From NCBI GenBank assembly GCA_030141605.1, contig JAQGDQ010000273.1, positions 124,001 through 188,000 on the forward strand: 64,000 nucleotides of DNA. Direction: 5' to 3'. Positions 45,501 through 60,500 of the stretch are shown here, piece after piece (the first letter of the stretch is position 1; the number at the start of each line of letters is the position of its first letter). The notes beneath the pieces were generated by a model. That model was given only the letters and a program-made list of their open reading frames with translations, was not told the origin of the DNA and searched no databases. The position numbers and the translations under genes are program-made. The stretch is from Tubiluchus corallicola (lineage: Eukaryota; Animalia; Priapulida).

Positions 45501-48500
45501 AACAAACAAAGTACACCTTTCAGATTAAATTTCATCCATAAAATTCATCGTATGCCAAGAAAAGAAAGCAAACGAAAACCACCTACACAAATAGCTAATC
45601 TTCGACAGCACTAGCTCAAAGTCAAATGTAACCTAATATCACAAATGTTGGCAGAAAGTGTTAAAACTAACAAACAGATGATATAAAATGGCGCAAATTC
45701 GAAGCCAAGCTATCCATTAAAATTATGGCAAACCCTCGATATACAAGCTAAGGGAAGAAGCGAAAGAGAGTATGTAGTAACTGACAGTCCACAATAACAG
45801 AGTGACGTGTGTACAACAGACATTACTAAAAAATAATCAGTAAGCCTATACAGAACACAAAAAAACATGATACAAACACACCTATAACATAATAAACAAC
45901 ATGCACAGTAAATGAACGACTCAGTCATGTGAGATGGTGACTGCTATATATAGCGCACAGCACGTCATTTGCCAATCAAATACTGGCTGTTATTACTGGA
46001 ACTTAATAATAAATGTAGCCACAATGGAGCGGCTAAAGCAAAAACAGTCCATCATATTCACATTCTATTGTAATGTGAGTTGATTCCAGTAAAAATTACA
46101 TTACATAGTGTGTTGGGCCCAATGAAAGACATATGGAAGCTGTGTTTTATACAATTTATGCATTAGATACTTACGACAATTGGCTTCGTCTCGACCATCA
46201 GCACAGTCATAAGACCTATCACAGGCCAGATTAGAATCTATGCATGAGCCATCACCGCAGGTGAATTCATTAGACCGACACTCTCCTGGTCCAGGAGTAG
46301 GTTCTGAAAAACAGATGTTATTATAAATTTCCAAAAGTGTAACTGTTTTGTAACATGCTATAAACTCATTGTCTTCAAAAGTAAAAACTCTTACGTGTTT
46401 GTTGTATCAGTGTTGTTTATGGTTGATTTATTTATCACATTGTACGCTCACAAAAGCAAAAAATCATGAACTACAATGATACTGTATTTTTGGAGGAGCA
46501 CTCAACAGCAGGCCAGAAAGTTTTAATGCAGTAAAACATTACTATAAGTAATGTACATTCACTATTTAGTGTACTGGCCTTCAGACTCTCATGCTGCAGG
46601 CAAGTTTAAGGTGTGTGATCCAAGAGTTTTAGAGACCACTGTAAAGCTCATAAAGCTCAAGACTCTCCAGCATATCTAGTGGAAGCTTCACGAATTTATT
46701 TTATTAGCATTTGTAAGAAATAAGTTACTTTTTCTTTGATTAGTAGTTGGTGCTAATAGTACAAATCTGAAACGTATTTTACTTTCTGAAAAGCCCCGAA
46801 ATTTATTTAAACTTTTGAGAGTCTGCTACTCCCTATTTTGATTGCAATTTGCTGAAAAAAATACTCTAGGATTGCACATTAAATATTACATACATAAAAG
46901 ATTTGTAATTTCTTTATATTAAAACATATAGCTTTTTACACTAAACATTTTTATAAAACTGTCTGTAGCTTTTATGGTAATACCAACTTGCAGCTATGAA
47001 ATAAACTGTAGGAAATCAATGTATAAATCTATGGTATTGGTTAGTTTAACAAAACAAACAAAAAATTTTTGCCCAAGCCAAGTATTGCTACATTATACCT
47101 TCGCCATCATCACAGTCCTCCTCGTCGGACCCGTCACCACAATCATTTCGGTCATCACATTTCCGTCGTGGGTCGATGCACCCACCATCATTACATTGCC
47201 AATAACCGGGAGGACACGTGGATACTATAGAATATGTGTACTAGCGCTCAATGGTCAAACAGAAACAAACTTACATAGATTACACAAAAAAGCATTCAAG
47301 TTTAAACTATTCAGAGATCCTTAAAGCACCAAAAGTACAATTTGTCAAAATCACTTTACAGTAATTTTTTTATTTTGACTTGTCACAAGTCCAAGTACGC
47401 TGCCGGACAAAAGCAGAGAGACATCGGGCCGAATTTACCAATACTAACCTAATACAGTAGGTGCTGTGTATTAGACTCACTGTCACCTAACTGTCTCAAA
47501 AACGTCTAGTATGGGCCACTCGTGTGCAAAAGTATATACAAACTGTCAGAAACTGACTTAAATAACTTCGCATAATTGACTCTATATTTTTATGTATAGA
47601 GATATACACATGGTTACACTGATGTAATGATGTAAACAAGTGACGGCCAGCCAACTAGCGGTCAGCTTATGAAACAACGGACTGTGCCCATACTATGCGG
47701 ACAGTCCAGGTTTTGTCCAATTCTTCCGATATCCGTAAAAGCAAGGTCCAGGAAGCTGAAATATGATTGTAAATTGAACTGCAGCTTTCAAAATTTTCGC
47801 TTAGAGAAACTCGAGTTCCAGTCAGCAGTTTACTATACTGCAGAGGCTCTCCAGCAGTAGTTTAATGACAGAAAAATATACAAAATCAAAAATATTTCAG
47901 TGTCATTAGCAATGCACGAGTAAAAAAGGCATCTAAAGATTACAAAGAGAAAATGTAGCGTATTTCATAAACAAAACCCTTTAATTTTTGTTGCCAGAAA
48001 TGATCCAAAGTTCTCTAAAGCTCAAGATGTGTTTGTCTCAGAGGCGTTGTCATAGACGTTACTGTATAAGTTTACAGTTATAAGTTTGCTCTAGCTGCTG
48101 GCGCAATTAAAACTAGTTGCCATGTTTGTACGTCAAGATGATCAAGTATTTGATGTGTTCTGTGCTTTAAGGATACGATATTTTATACAAGGTTAAAAGC
48201 AAGCAAATAAAAACTCAAATGACTAAACATCTAAACTTAGCAGAACCAAATGAGTTATGTTTATCTTTTGAGCAAAAGATACAATACAATAAACAAATCT
48301 TAAACAAAAAGAACTGAAAAATACACTCTGATCCTAAAAACAGTGAAATCACTTTTCATAAAGCGCACACTTTTGTCCATATAACTTTTGCATTAAACTG
48401 TAAACATTTGCGCAGTTTTGCTAGCTCACCATTACACGGGGCTGCCAAAAATGTTCAGATATTCACAATCAGAAGCTAATATGACTCAAACCATGCAAAG

Positions 48501-51439
48501 ATCTCTGTCTGAAGTCATCAAAAAAATATGGAAAATAAAAAGTGAAGCAGAGACCTTGTAGCCCCTTGTTGTATGAGTTACTATCAGTCATGAGTATGTG
48601 TGAAAGCAAATACTGAATGACTTAAAAAAAATTACAAATAAATACAGGGAAAGGAATTTTTCACGTTGAAATTTTTGTCTATTCCAGCTAACTGGTAGAA
48701 AAACAAAGTGGTGGGTTAAAATTGCAATTGTTGTAGTTCAAAACATGATACTGCATAAAATGCAACCTCATGCAACAATGCAAATTATTAGAGCTACTAG
48801 ACAAACCTGCAGGACAACAGACAGCAGAAGCATCTTGTAAATCAGTGTTGCATTCATAACCGTCGGGACAAGGGTCTCTAAACGAACATGTTTGCGGTTG
48901 TTGAGTCCAAGGGTCCATTAACGGGTCACTGTCACCACAACGCTTAAATTCGGGTTGCACTAAGAACGAAAAAACAAATATTCAAACATAAACATGACTC
49001 TTCAGAAAACAAAAACACAATCAGTTGCTGATTACGAGGAGCACATGCCAAGATTACTGTTTTTCAGACAATTTTCTCTAATAGAACATGATCAAAACAA
49101 AGGTTTCGTGTTTATAGTTCAAGCAGCTAGGTAAGAAAGTGCTTCATGCAAGGCTGGTGTTCCGGAACAAGTTGTGACATTATAATTCAACTTTTTTGCA
49201 AAGCAACCAAGAACTTCTGCAACTAAGATCTTGCTGAACTATGTAATATGGATGCACACGTAAAATTTTCATCTTCTACAAAACTTTACGAGATGCTTAA
49301 AAGTGAAATTCTTGCTGATGACTTTTGCATATATCAATCAATTTCTAGGGTGAAAATATCAAGCAATTTCTACGATGACCTGCACAAATTTGTGGAGTAC
49401 AGATTTTCAGGAAGGCAGCACAAGATTAGCAAATAGTAATCTATCACTTTCATTTTGAACGCCCATTTTTCTACCAACGATATCAGTCATCGACTCAAGA
49501 AAAGGAGCTCGTCAAGTTCTGTCAAAAGTATATAAAGGTTTTATAAAAAATTAGATGGCCAATTTTGTGGTAATGCTGCATGACCATTAGGCAAGCTGCA
49601 AAAGTCTAAATTAGGTTAATTGGCAAGCACTTATGAAAAGTCACGAAGTCCACCAGTTATGTCATAGTATTCAAGTGAATGGCGGCTACTACCATGTCTG
49701 AAAGTTTTTATACAGCAGTAGTATAAAATACCTTTATAGTTTACAGATAGCTTTTTGCAATTTTCCTTTTTGTTATTTTTTATAGGTTTAAGTGAGAATA
49801 GTAAAATAAACCCAACATGCTAAATGACGTTGCTTCCTTTTAAGTATTTTATGCTGTTAAATGAATACTAAGGGGCATTTTAAGATATGACACAAACAAA
49901 ACTAAATTCATTAAAAAGCGGCAGATTCTACCTTCACAGTCCTGCTCATCAGACCCGTCACCACAATCGTTTTGGTCGTCGCACTTCCGACGTGGGTCAA
50001 TGCATCCGCCATCGTTACACTGCCAGTAACCAGGCGGACAAGTAGCTTCTATTACATAAAAATCAAACAACAAAAAACTAAATAAGCAAATAAATATTAG
50101 TAAATGTTTTGTGATGGCAGACTATTAAATAAGCATCGCGAAAGATGGTTAATTATAGTATACCATGCCACAAACTGAATCATATATTCAAAAGTAATAA
50201 ACAAAGTAAAACCAAATACTGTTTTATTAATTCTAAAATAATTTATACACCACAAAATATAATAACAGTTAACAACATAAGTGACGTTAGCCATACTGAA
50301 GAATAGAATCAATTACTGGTTCTATACCTTCAGTGTCACAGTCTGTTTCATCGGAACGATCATTGCAATCGTCTCTCATGTCGCACTTTCTACGTTCGTC
50401 AATGCACTCACCACTGCCGCAACGCCAGTAACCTCGTGGACACTCCTCAACTATATAATGTGCAATGGTTAGTAGCAGAAATGAAAAAAGTTGCTTTAAA
50501 TAAACAATGTTTGTGATGGTAGGCTATCAATTAAGCATCGCAAAAAATGGTTAATTATAGAGTACCATGCCACAAAGTGTATCATACAACTAAACGTAAA
50601 GAGCAAAATGTAAAAAAATGCTGTTTCAATTTCACTAATCTGCAAATTTGATAATTTATATGCCACAAAAATAATACTAGTAATAGCCTAATTAAGAAAA
50701 AAGAGCTTGAACCATGTGCTCTGTTACCTTCAGTGTCGCAGTCTGTTTCATCGGAACGATCGCTGCAGTCGGCTCTCGTGTCGCACTTTCTACGTTCGTC
50801 AATGCACTCACCACTGCTGCAACGCCAGTAACCACGCGGACACTCCTCGACTATATAATGTGCAATGATTAGTAAAGCAAATAAAAAATTAAACAGCTTT
50901 AAAATCACTGAAACTGAAACTGCTATCCAATGCAAACTAAAAACCAAAATCACTGACGTATGTACAGAGCTATTGCACTTGATTTTTACAGGTTAGCGAC
51001 TAAGTACACTGACCGACTGACCATTTGACACTGGACAATCCATTTGTATAACGAAAAAGAGTGAGTACAATTCTCCTCATTTTATTAAGACATTAGTAAC
51101 GTAACTAATTTTACATTAGTTTTTAAATAGTTAAAAAAATGATGAAAATTTGTCAATCAAAAGAAAAATTATCAAGTCATCTGTCAGTGGTAATAAAAAT
51201 TGATGCAAATAGCTATTAGACACCCTTACAAGCAACAGATGAGAAAGCATTAAAGCAGACTACCTCTAGAATGTAAAATGTGCATCACACATCATGATTA
51301 GCACTAAGCTGCCATCATAGGATAAATGTTACTAGCATTATTCATTGAAACAGAAAGAGAGACTGTCATAGGCGAAGAATTAAGAAAGGGAGACTTAGAG
51401 AGAAAATCAAATAGATAGTGAGAGAGAGAGAAAGAGGGG

Positions 51440-51520
<81 letters not shown>

Positions 51521-54500
51521 GGGGAAGGGAGAAAGAAAGAGAAACACTGACACAGAAAGGCTTTCTTTTTGCTTCATGTGATTAATTTACCTGCACAATC
51601 ACTCTCATCAGACTGATCCTTACAGTCAGGATGGTCGTCGCATTTTCTGCGCGAATCTATGCATTCCCCACTGCCGCATTGCCAGTATCCCTCAGGACAA
51701 GCGGCTTCTACATGCCCAAAATGAAATGACAGAATGTAACATGAGTGCTTTCATAAAACGATGTGTTTTAATGAAATGACATAAAAAATCAATTTGTCCC
51801 ATAAAATATGTAAGGCATAAAATGAAATCGAAAATACAATCAAATGATAAGTGAAATCACGAGGACTAACATGAAAACTCGGGTCAAAATGGTATGAATT
51901 GTTACTGAGTTAATTGTCTGGGATGTCAGCATTCTGTTAGATCCACGAAAACACACAGTATGAGAATGTGAAAGAACTGATGGCTGATGAATTGTACCAG
52001 TTCTATGTTGCTACCAAGCATTAAAGTAATGCACCAAATGACTTCACTTCTTTAGACTGCTACTCCAGTTTGTGTTGCACTATTGGGAGAATTCAAAAAG
52101 TGTTCATACAACTGCTTCCAGCAGTAAATTCTTGTTTGCCTTGGCAATGATTATAAGAAATCTCATGAGGTTTTAACTCACACTCAAGTTGGACATTACT
52201 GAAAGATTACCTAAGCACTAACCATCTTGCCATTTTATGATTGCGCAAATTTTTACTGCTGCATTTTAGTTACAACCATTCATTTCAATGCAGTGAAGGT
52301 CAGTCAGCCCAACTGCAAATCTCAAGTTCAAATTTTGTCAACTGTATTTGTTGCAGTAATTTGAATCCAATGAAAATTCAAAGCACGCTTTTGCCAGAGC
52401 ACAACAACAACCAGTCTCACAATTAAAACAGTATATATGCGATTAATGGCAAGATAAATGTCAATTCATTTAAACATGAAATGAATAAGCGTGTTTATGA
52501 GAATCAACCATACTGTCGTCATGAAAGTGAACTGTTTACCTTCACAATCACGCTCATCAGATTCGTCTTTACAGTCGGGTCGCTGGTCGCATTTTCTGCG
52601 CGGATCAATGCACTCTCCACTACCACACTGCCAGTAACCTTGCGGACAATCTGTGCCAAGCAATATCAAGACAAAAACTGCACTTTAAACAAACTCACTC
52701 AATTCATGCTCGTGTGCTTGTAAAAAGCAACAAAAACAATCAACAGAATTATTACGCAAATGTTAATTATGTGCAATAAAGTAACCAAGCCAGTAAATGC
52801 AATTAAAAATCCAAACTTATCAAACAGCATAAATTAACAAAAATACAAAAAAATACAAAAATTGCAAAAAGCTTGCTACTCAAACACTCCTTTGATTGCA
52901 GGTTTCAAGCATTAGGTAACAAAAATGCAAAAGATAAATGTTACGAAAAACTTTGTCTAGAGAATTGATACTGTTAATAACTGTGGAAACTATACAAGAC
53001 CAAACTATGCAAGATGTCGTGTTTTTCAATGAGTAGTAAACTAAAAAATCAAACATTCTTACCCAAGTTACCTCTCTTTAAATGGTCTATGTATTCTTAG
53101 GGAGTGTTAATTAACAGCAATCTTTCATAAAATTTTAAATCTATTCTAAGTCGACTTCAAATGAATGTATAACTTGATCAAGGTGCTAGAATAGCCACGA
53201 TGATAACATAAGCAATAGGGGAAACCAGCTCACAATCCCAAAGGTCTCATCTATTGCTTATATTAACATTTTGTCAAATGTGTCACCTTGAAGGCTCCAG
53301 ACTGAAGGCTGAGAATTTAGTGGCTTTAAAATGAAAAAGATTAAGCTGGTAGAGCAAGCTATATATTCATTTATAATGTTACCTGGCTGCAATTCATCCA
53401 TATTATCTGTTTTATAAAAGAAAATGACCTCATTCTGGCAGACAATCCAAACTAGAAACTTGAGCAGTTAAACAATCTATAGTAGTCTCACCTTGGCAGT
53501 CGGCTTCATCAGACTGATCTCGGCAGTCGGGCTGGCCATCGCACTTCCGGCGAGAGTCTATACAGTCTCCACTACCACACTGCCAATATCCCTGAGGACA
53601 ACCGGCTACTGTTCATGCAATAAATGCAGAGCTATTGTTAGTCAAGCAGCAAGTATTTCTAAACACAACTATGTTAGTCATTTTGCACTAACAGTTAATT
53701 TAATAAATGACGACATTGGTACAAAGTTAGAAATTAAATAAAAACCCGAGGCAAGTCAATTTAATAAGCTTGTTTGCAAAAATATGTAATTCAGTGTTTT
53801 TTCTAAGTGTTTGCATCCATTTTAGTGTGATGTCCTTTTTGTATATTAATAATGTAAGCAATAAACTTTGAAAAGTGAGTTCAATAGGTTTAGTACTTCC
53901 TTGTGACTTCTCTAGCCATTTTGTCCTTTTTTGTTCAGCTGAAAGATTACAGTGGCAGTTTGAAATGTTGTGCCCTTTCTTTCATTTTCCGTGTTTCTCG
54001 ATTGTGGAACTTTTTGTTTATTGTCACTATTCTTGTCATAAAAAATAATCTGTGTTATTAAGGCTATTTTCTTAATGTCATCTAATCTTTAAATGTGACA
54101 ACTATTGGAATGGAGCCAAATTTCCATGAGACAACTTCATACCACAAAACAAAAGGAAACATGGGAAGTAAGTGAGTCCCACAATGTGTCAACTGGCGTG
54201 ATCAGCATCACCATTTTGCAGCCTGCACTGCCGCAGCTGTCGTGGCACCATACCACAGCAAGTCAGGTTAGCAGATTGCGCTACATTGTAATTCAGACCA
54301 GAAAAACCTCAGTGTGCGAAACTATCAATCATCATAAAATAATGACTGTAGCATACTGACAAGCATCCTTTTTTTACTATTTTTGATCATTATACTTTGA
54401 TGTTATCTACCTTCGCAGTTTGACTCATCAGATCTGTCTGAACAATCTGGGCGATTGTCACACCTCCGTCGAGCATCAATGCATTCACCTGATTCGCATC

Positions 54501-57500
54501 TCCAAGATCCATTTGCACACTGAGCTGCATTCCAATAAACATGCACAAAAGCCATTAGTAGGATTATTAAGGTTAATAACAAAGTTAATAAAAGTATGAT
54601 GCACATGTACATTTGCAAAAACTAGCAGTTTTTTTACAGTTTCTTTTAGACAGATACTTTTTTGGTAGTTACCCAGTTTGTTCCGGAAAAATGACTGGAT
54701 AGTTACTAATTATTACTACACAATTTTTTATGCTTTGACACTCTGTAAGTGAAAATCCAGCAGTTGCCATCAGAACTTACATGATGCAGACAGTTAGAGA
54801 AACTCAGGACACCTGACACATTATCAAAAAATCATTTAGGAAAAAACACTGAATAGGCACAATACACTCAGCCATTCTCAGATACATATGCAATCGCAGC
54901 ATGGCAAATAAGATTGTCCAGAAACAGTTTACCAGGTTGCGAACAGACTCAGTGTTGCTTAGTCTTAGCTCATTAAGCGCATGCAATGAACATTCAGCAC
55001 AAGGCTCACCCCTAGCTACTTTATTCACACTGATTCTTCACATTTACCTGCACTATTCTGCGAATTAGCAGAAGATTAAAAGGTGAAACTGACCACAGCA
55101 AACCAATTCAGTGTGAATAGGGTAACTTATATAGCCACGCACCTTGACCATCGTCACAGTTCTCTTCATCTGATCCGTCTCTGCAGTCTGGTCTGTTGTC
55201 ACACTTCCTGCGTGGATCAATGCACTCCCCACTATTACACTGCCAGTACCCCGGTGGACATGTTACTATTGATAAAACACAAGCAAGCTGGGTGGTTAAA
55301 AAGATGCATGAGTTGGCTTGAAAATATACACTAGGGCTGAGTATTCTCTACCAGAAAGCGAATTCGAATCGAATCAAATTTGCGACTTTCAAACTCAAAT
55401 AAAACCGAATTTCAGCATTTCTCAATTTTAATTCAGTTAACAACGCTAATAATTTGTTTACAATCATACACAGAAATCGCAGGTAAATTGTGCTGACTGC
55501 ATGATGTTTCAAACGATAAAGAACGTATGTACTTGAAGTGCTGAATTATTTAAATTTACAATTTTAGGTTTGTATTGAATTCGAGCTAAGAAAACTTCAT
55601 TGAATCGAATTCGAACATTCAATGCTCACCCCTAACATATACATGCATATTAGAACAAAAATTAATGCATGTGCAGCAATGTGTTTTCGCACCCATACCA
55701 TAGATTTAAATGCCCTATGCACACAGACAGAGATAGCTAGACTTGCACAAAAGTAAGACAAACAAGGAGCACAATATTGTACAATACTAAAAGTGCATTC
55801 GATTGCTAGACAAAGACGGTCCTTGAGCGACACACATTTGAAGCCATGATCAATATACAAGCTAGTAATCTCTTTTTTTGTGCATGCATGGCATCCAAGA
55901 CATATAATGAAGATGAGAATGTGATTTAACATATTCATATGGAAATGAATAAGAAGTTCCAAATAAAAGAATTGCTAACATATTTGACAAAATACTTCTG
56001 TGTAAACATCTTCATAATAAAACCTAAAGCTTGACTGGTACTATAGCCCCTATTGTACAATTTTTCCCATTATTCTAAATCATTGGGACACTATCAAAAT
56101 GGATAACAAAGGTTTTTTTCAATAGGAAAATCGGTAACCCAGGAAAATGGGTAATCATAGCAGCTTTGACTAAAGAGGATAATGCTGTACCTGAACAAGC
56201 AATTCTCTCATCAGACAAATCCGCACAGTCAAGCCAACCGTCACAACATCGGAAAGACTCTATACACTCTCCGCTATTTACACACTTCCAATAAGGGTAA
56301 TCACAGGAAAGACTAGGATGAAATTAGCATAAAAACATGTATTAACAAAGGAAAAATTTTGCTAGCAAGAATGAACAAAGAGATTATAAAACTTCACATA
56401 TTTCAAGTAAATTCATTTCTTTAGTTGGTACACCTTTAATGGAGTACTGATAGGTACCTACAGAGGTAGATATGCCAATGACAGCTCAACATGTGGCAGC
56501 TTCATTAAGTTGTGTGACTACAAAGAAAATGACTATCGCCAAGAAGCATTTTACTAATACAGTCTAATTTTTTAATCACTCCTGTACATTACTATGCATA
56601 AATTAGTGCTCTTTGGTTGTCTCCATATTTAATGCCAATAGCATCTCAAGATTCATAAACTCATGCATTACATTATTACACTTGTCCTGATTCTTTGTCA
56701 AATGAGTTAAATGCTTCCGCAAATTCTCAAAGCAACTTGCTATTCTTATTAGCATACCTTTGTAAACAATGCAAGTACGTTTGAGCACACTCTCCACTAC
56801 TACACCTCCAGTAGGGGTGAGGAAAACAAGCGGAAGGGAAAAGGTCAGGAACAGCTAGCAAAGATAGAAACAAAATATACAATTGTATGTAACACATATA
56901 TTGCCAACAAGCTCTCTAGAAAGGATGAAATCTTAAAACAAATTCCATACATGCTTGGTTAATTTGCATAAAGATATTAAATACGATTGTATTTATTCTT
57001 ATAACAGGGACAATGCATCTCATGCTGCTATTTTTACATAAGATCTTTTCTTTCCTTGGCTAAAGCCAAACCAGCTTGTTGAAACATGAGGTCCCAAATG
57101 CCTTCGTCTTGGACAAAACACTGACTCACAGGAATATGCCTCATTTTCCAAGATTTTATTCACTTTGCATCATTTTTTTTCTCTGAATCTACAGCAAAAT
57201 TGCCAATTTCCTGATCATACTTTAACAGTCTTTAGAGGATCAGTTGCAAAGTGCCATCCTAAAACCTACTCAATGGTATAAACGGTTAGCATGTACAATC
57301 TTGCAGTAAAAGACATTGCAACTTACGTTTTCGTATAGGTTTCAGACTTCACAGGTTTTTGATGTTAATGTATATGGCTTCTTACACATACAAGTTTATT
57401 GGTCAAGGGACTAGCAGGACTCAAGACCGTGGATTAGAAATGACGTTAATGCCACCATTTTGAAGTTAAGATGGAAAATTGAAAATCTGACTCTGTCAAT

Positions 57501-60500
57501 CAATGCAGAATTTGTTCTAGTATATTCCTGTGAAGTTTCATGACGATCCATTGTGCATTAGTGGAATTTCAGCCTTTTCTCGAAAATGATGTATAGAATT
57601 CAAGATAGCAGATCAAAAATTCAAGTTTGTCAATCGATGCAGAATCTGTTCTAGTATATTTCTAAAAAGCCTCTCAACAAACTACTGCAAATTGGCTTAA
57701 GCTGCTTTCAAAAATGATGCCATTGCCGCCATCTTGAATTCAAAATGGGAGATCGAAAAGCTGACACCATCAGTCAACGTGGAATTAGTTTTGTAAAGTC
57801 GTGTGAAGTTTTATGGCGATCCATTGCAAATCCACGGAGCTTTAGGCATTTTTCAAAAAAGTCATATCTAACAAGAACAACAACAACATCCAGATGAGTA
57901 ATGATTTGGCTAGAGCCTTACCTTGAGTAATGTCGCAGTCAAGTTCATCTGAACCATCGTCACAGTCGTTTCTAGCGTCGCACTTCCGTCGTGGGTCAAT
58001 GCATCTGCCATCATTACACTGCCAGTAACCAGGCGGGCAGGTCGCCGTGCCACCATCTAACAATACACACACAACATGCAGGTTAACACATGCATAGCAC
58101 ACTGGGTTTGGAAAACATGCACTGCACATAGACTGCATGACAATGTGCAAGTAAGGGCCTGTTTTAACAGATATTAGCAACATACTATCATAATTAATTA
58201 GTTAAATTCGTTGGCACTGCTGCATGTACCAGAGTGAAATATACCGCTAGTGGTCCCACTAAAGCTGAAAATATATGCTAAAATCCTGTATCAGTGTTAC
58301 TAAGTGTATCTTAGACAGTTTATCACAGACAAAAAATAGGTTAGACACTGTAATTATCATATCATAGTTAGACAAATTAGTCAGTAATAATCTTTTAAAA
58401 CACATCACCATAACGATTATTTAAAGCATGCCATCCTCCAATATACTCAAATATTCATCAAAAAAACAAAACAAACTAAAAAATTAATACAGCCACCAAA
58501 ATGCTAAAATAATATTCATGGGACTTCATGCTACTGTATAGTAGTGAATTACGTGCAGTGGGTCAGCTTCAAGTGCCAGAAATGCAAGCCTGTGTATGTT
58601 ACACAACACACTGCCATAATTAGTATTAATTATGCCAGGCTCTACTAACCTTGCCAGGTTGGCTTTAGTGAAAAACTTAGAAGCCGCAGCATTATGCTTG
58701 CATAGTTTGCTTTGGTGGCATACTTACTTTCATTTATTTTATAAATCGCCTGAAACAACAGAGTGGAGTTGGGGGTTTTCTACAAAAGCCTCTTCTTTCG
58801 AAAAATATTACTTACTATTTCCATGCCAGGCAGGCTTAACCCTGGGTGGTAATAACAAACCGCCTATTCTACGTGGTGCAAATTGTTGCTGTAATTTGCC
58901 AACACTGACTGCACTGTTAAAAATGTTATTCTGATGCAGGTCATTCATAAAAGTTTGTCTTCATTCAACCTCCAAATAGGCATTTTCATAAAATATGTGA
59001 ATCTGTAAATTAATGCTTATTGAAAGGCACTAGCAGTCATTACAGTACCTTCACACGTGGACTCATCGGAATAATCAAGGCAGTCACCCCAACCATCACA
59101 ATGTCGAGACATGTCTATGCAATAACCATCGTGGCATGCAAACTCATTCGGTGCACATCCAACTATGTTAGGATACAGTACAAGCAGTGTTAGTATAAAA
59201 AAATAAGTGAAACAAAGTGCCAAAACATAATGTATGATAAAGTTTGTTAGAAAGCAACTGCATGACGTGTCTGCCTTCTGTAGCCACAGAAGTCTACTTA
59301 ACTTTACAACTTGTGAATTTGATGGATCTTCAGTCTAATGTTAGATAACGGCTGCAGGAGTAATTTTAACTATACTATATGTACTATAAAAATAAAATGT
59401 AGAACTATGCAAAAAAATTGAGGATGATGATTTGTAGGGCAATGTGAGCAGTATCAGCTTTCTGTCCCGTTAATAATAAATGTGAAGAATGAATTTCAAT
59501 TAAACAATAAATGTCGGAACCTGCACAATTTTCACGTTCATCTGCCCCATCTGAACAATCAGGGTTACCATCACAAAGTCGATGTCTGTCTATGCACTGG
59601 TCATCAGAACAGCGATAGTAGCCACGAGGACAGGTCAAGTCTGTCACTAAAAACGTGAAAATGATAGTTCAATAGTCCGCTTTGCATCTGATGAAGCAAA
59701 ACTTATTTTTACTGAACTTTCTAAACTGCCAAACAGCTAACTCATTGAACAAAGTAATGATTACTTGTTTTGGCTGTATCTCCTACTAGCACACCTAATA
59801 TCGGCACTTATAATTTTCATAAAAAATCACTATAGCTTTTTCCCTCAAATGTAATATAGTTTTGTGCCCATCTATTCAGTGTAAATCAACTAGTTTTTCC
59901 AGGAATAAAACCTCAGTCGAAACGTTAACTATTATGCAATGGATACGAAAATAATGATTTCTTTTCAACCTGGGCAATCTTCACGTTCGTCTGCCCCATC
60001 TGAACAATCAGGGTTACCATCACAAAGTCGGTGTCTATCTATGCACTGGTCATCAGAACAGCGATAGTAGCCACGAGGACAGGTCAAGTCTGTCACTAAA
60101 AACATGAAAATGATAGTTCAATAAAACAGCATCATCAGCACACACTTGCCATCTGCTTTGCATCTGATGAAGCAAAATTTATTTTTATTGAACTTTCTAA
60201 ACTGCCAATCAGCTAATTCTTTGAACAAAGTAATGGTTACTTGCTTTGGCTGTATCTTGTGCTAGCACACCAATTATCAGCACTTATAGTTTTCATAAAA
60301 AATCACCATAGCTTTTTCCTTCAAACGTAATAATATATTTTTTACCCATCTATTTATGTAAATCAACTAGTTTTTCCAGGAATAAAACCTTAGTCGAAAC
60401 GTTAACTATTATGCAATGGATACGAAAATAATGATTTCTTTTCAACCTGGGCAATCTTCACGTTCGTCTGCCCCATCTGAACAATCAGGGTTACCATCAC

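Noticed and set aside
38426-55334. Plus-strand ORFs overlapping exons (38426, 39890, 43081, 46974, 52481, 53493, 55083)
   Set aside because: Antisense shadows of GC-richer coding exons, with no splice or homology support
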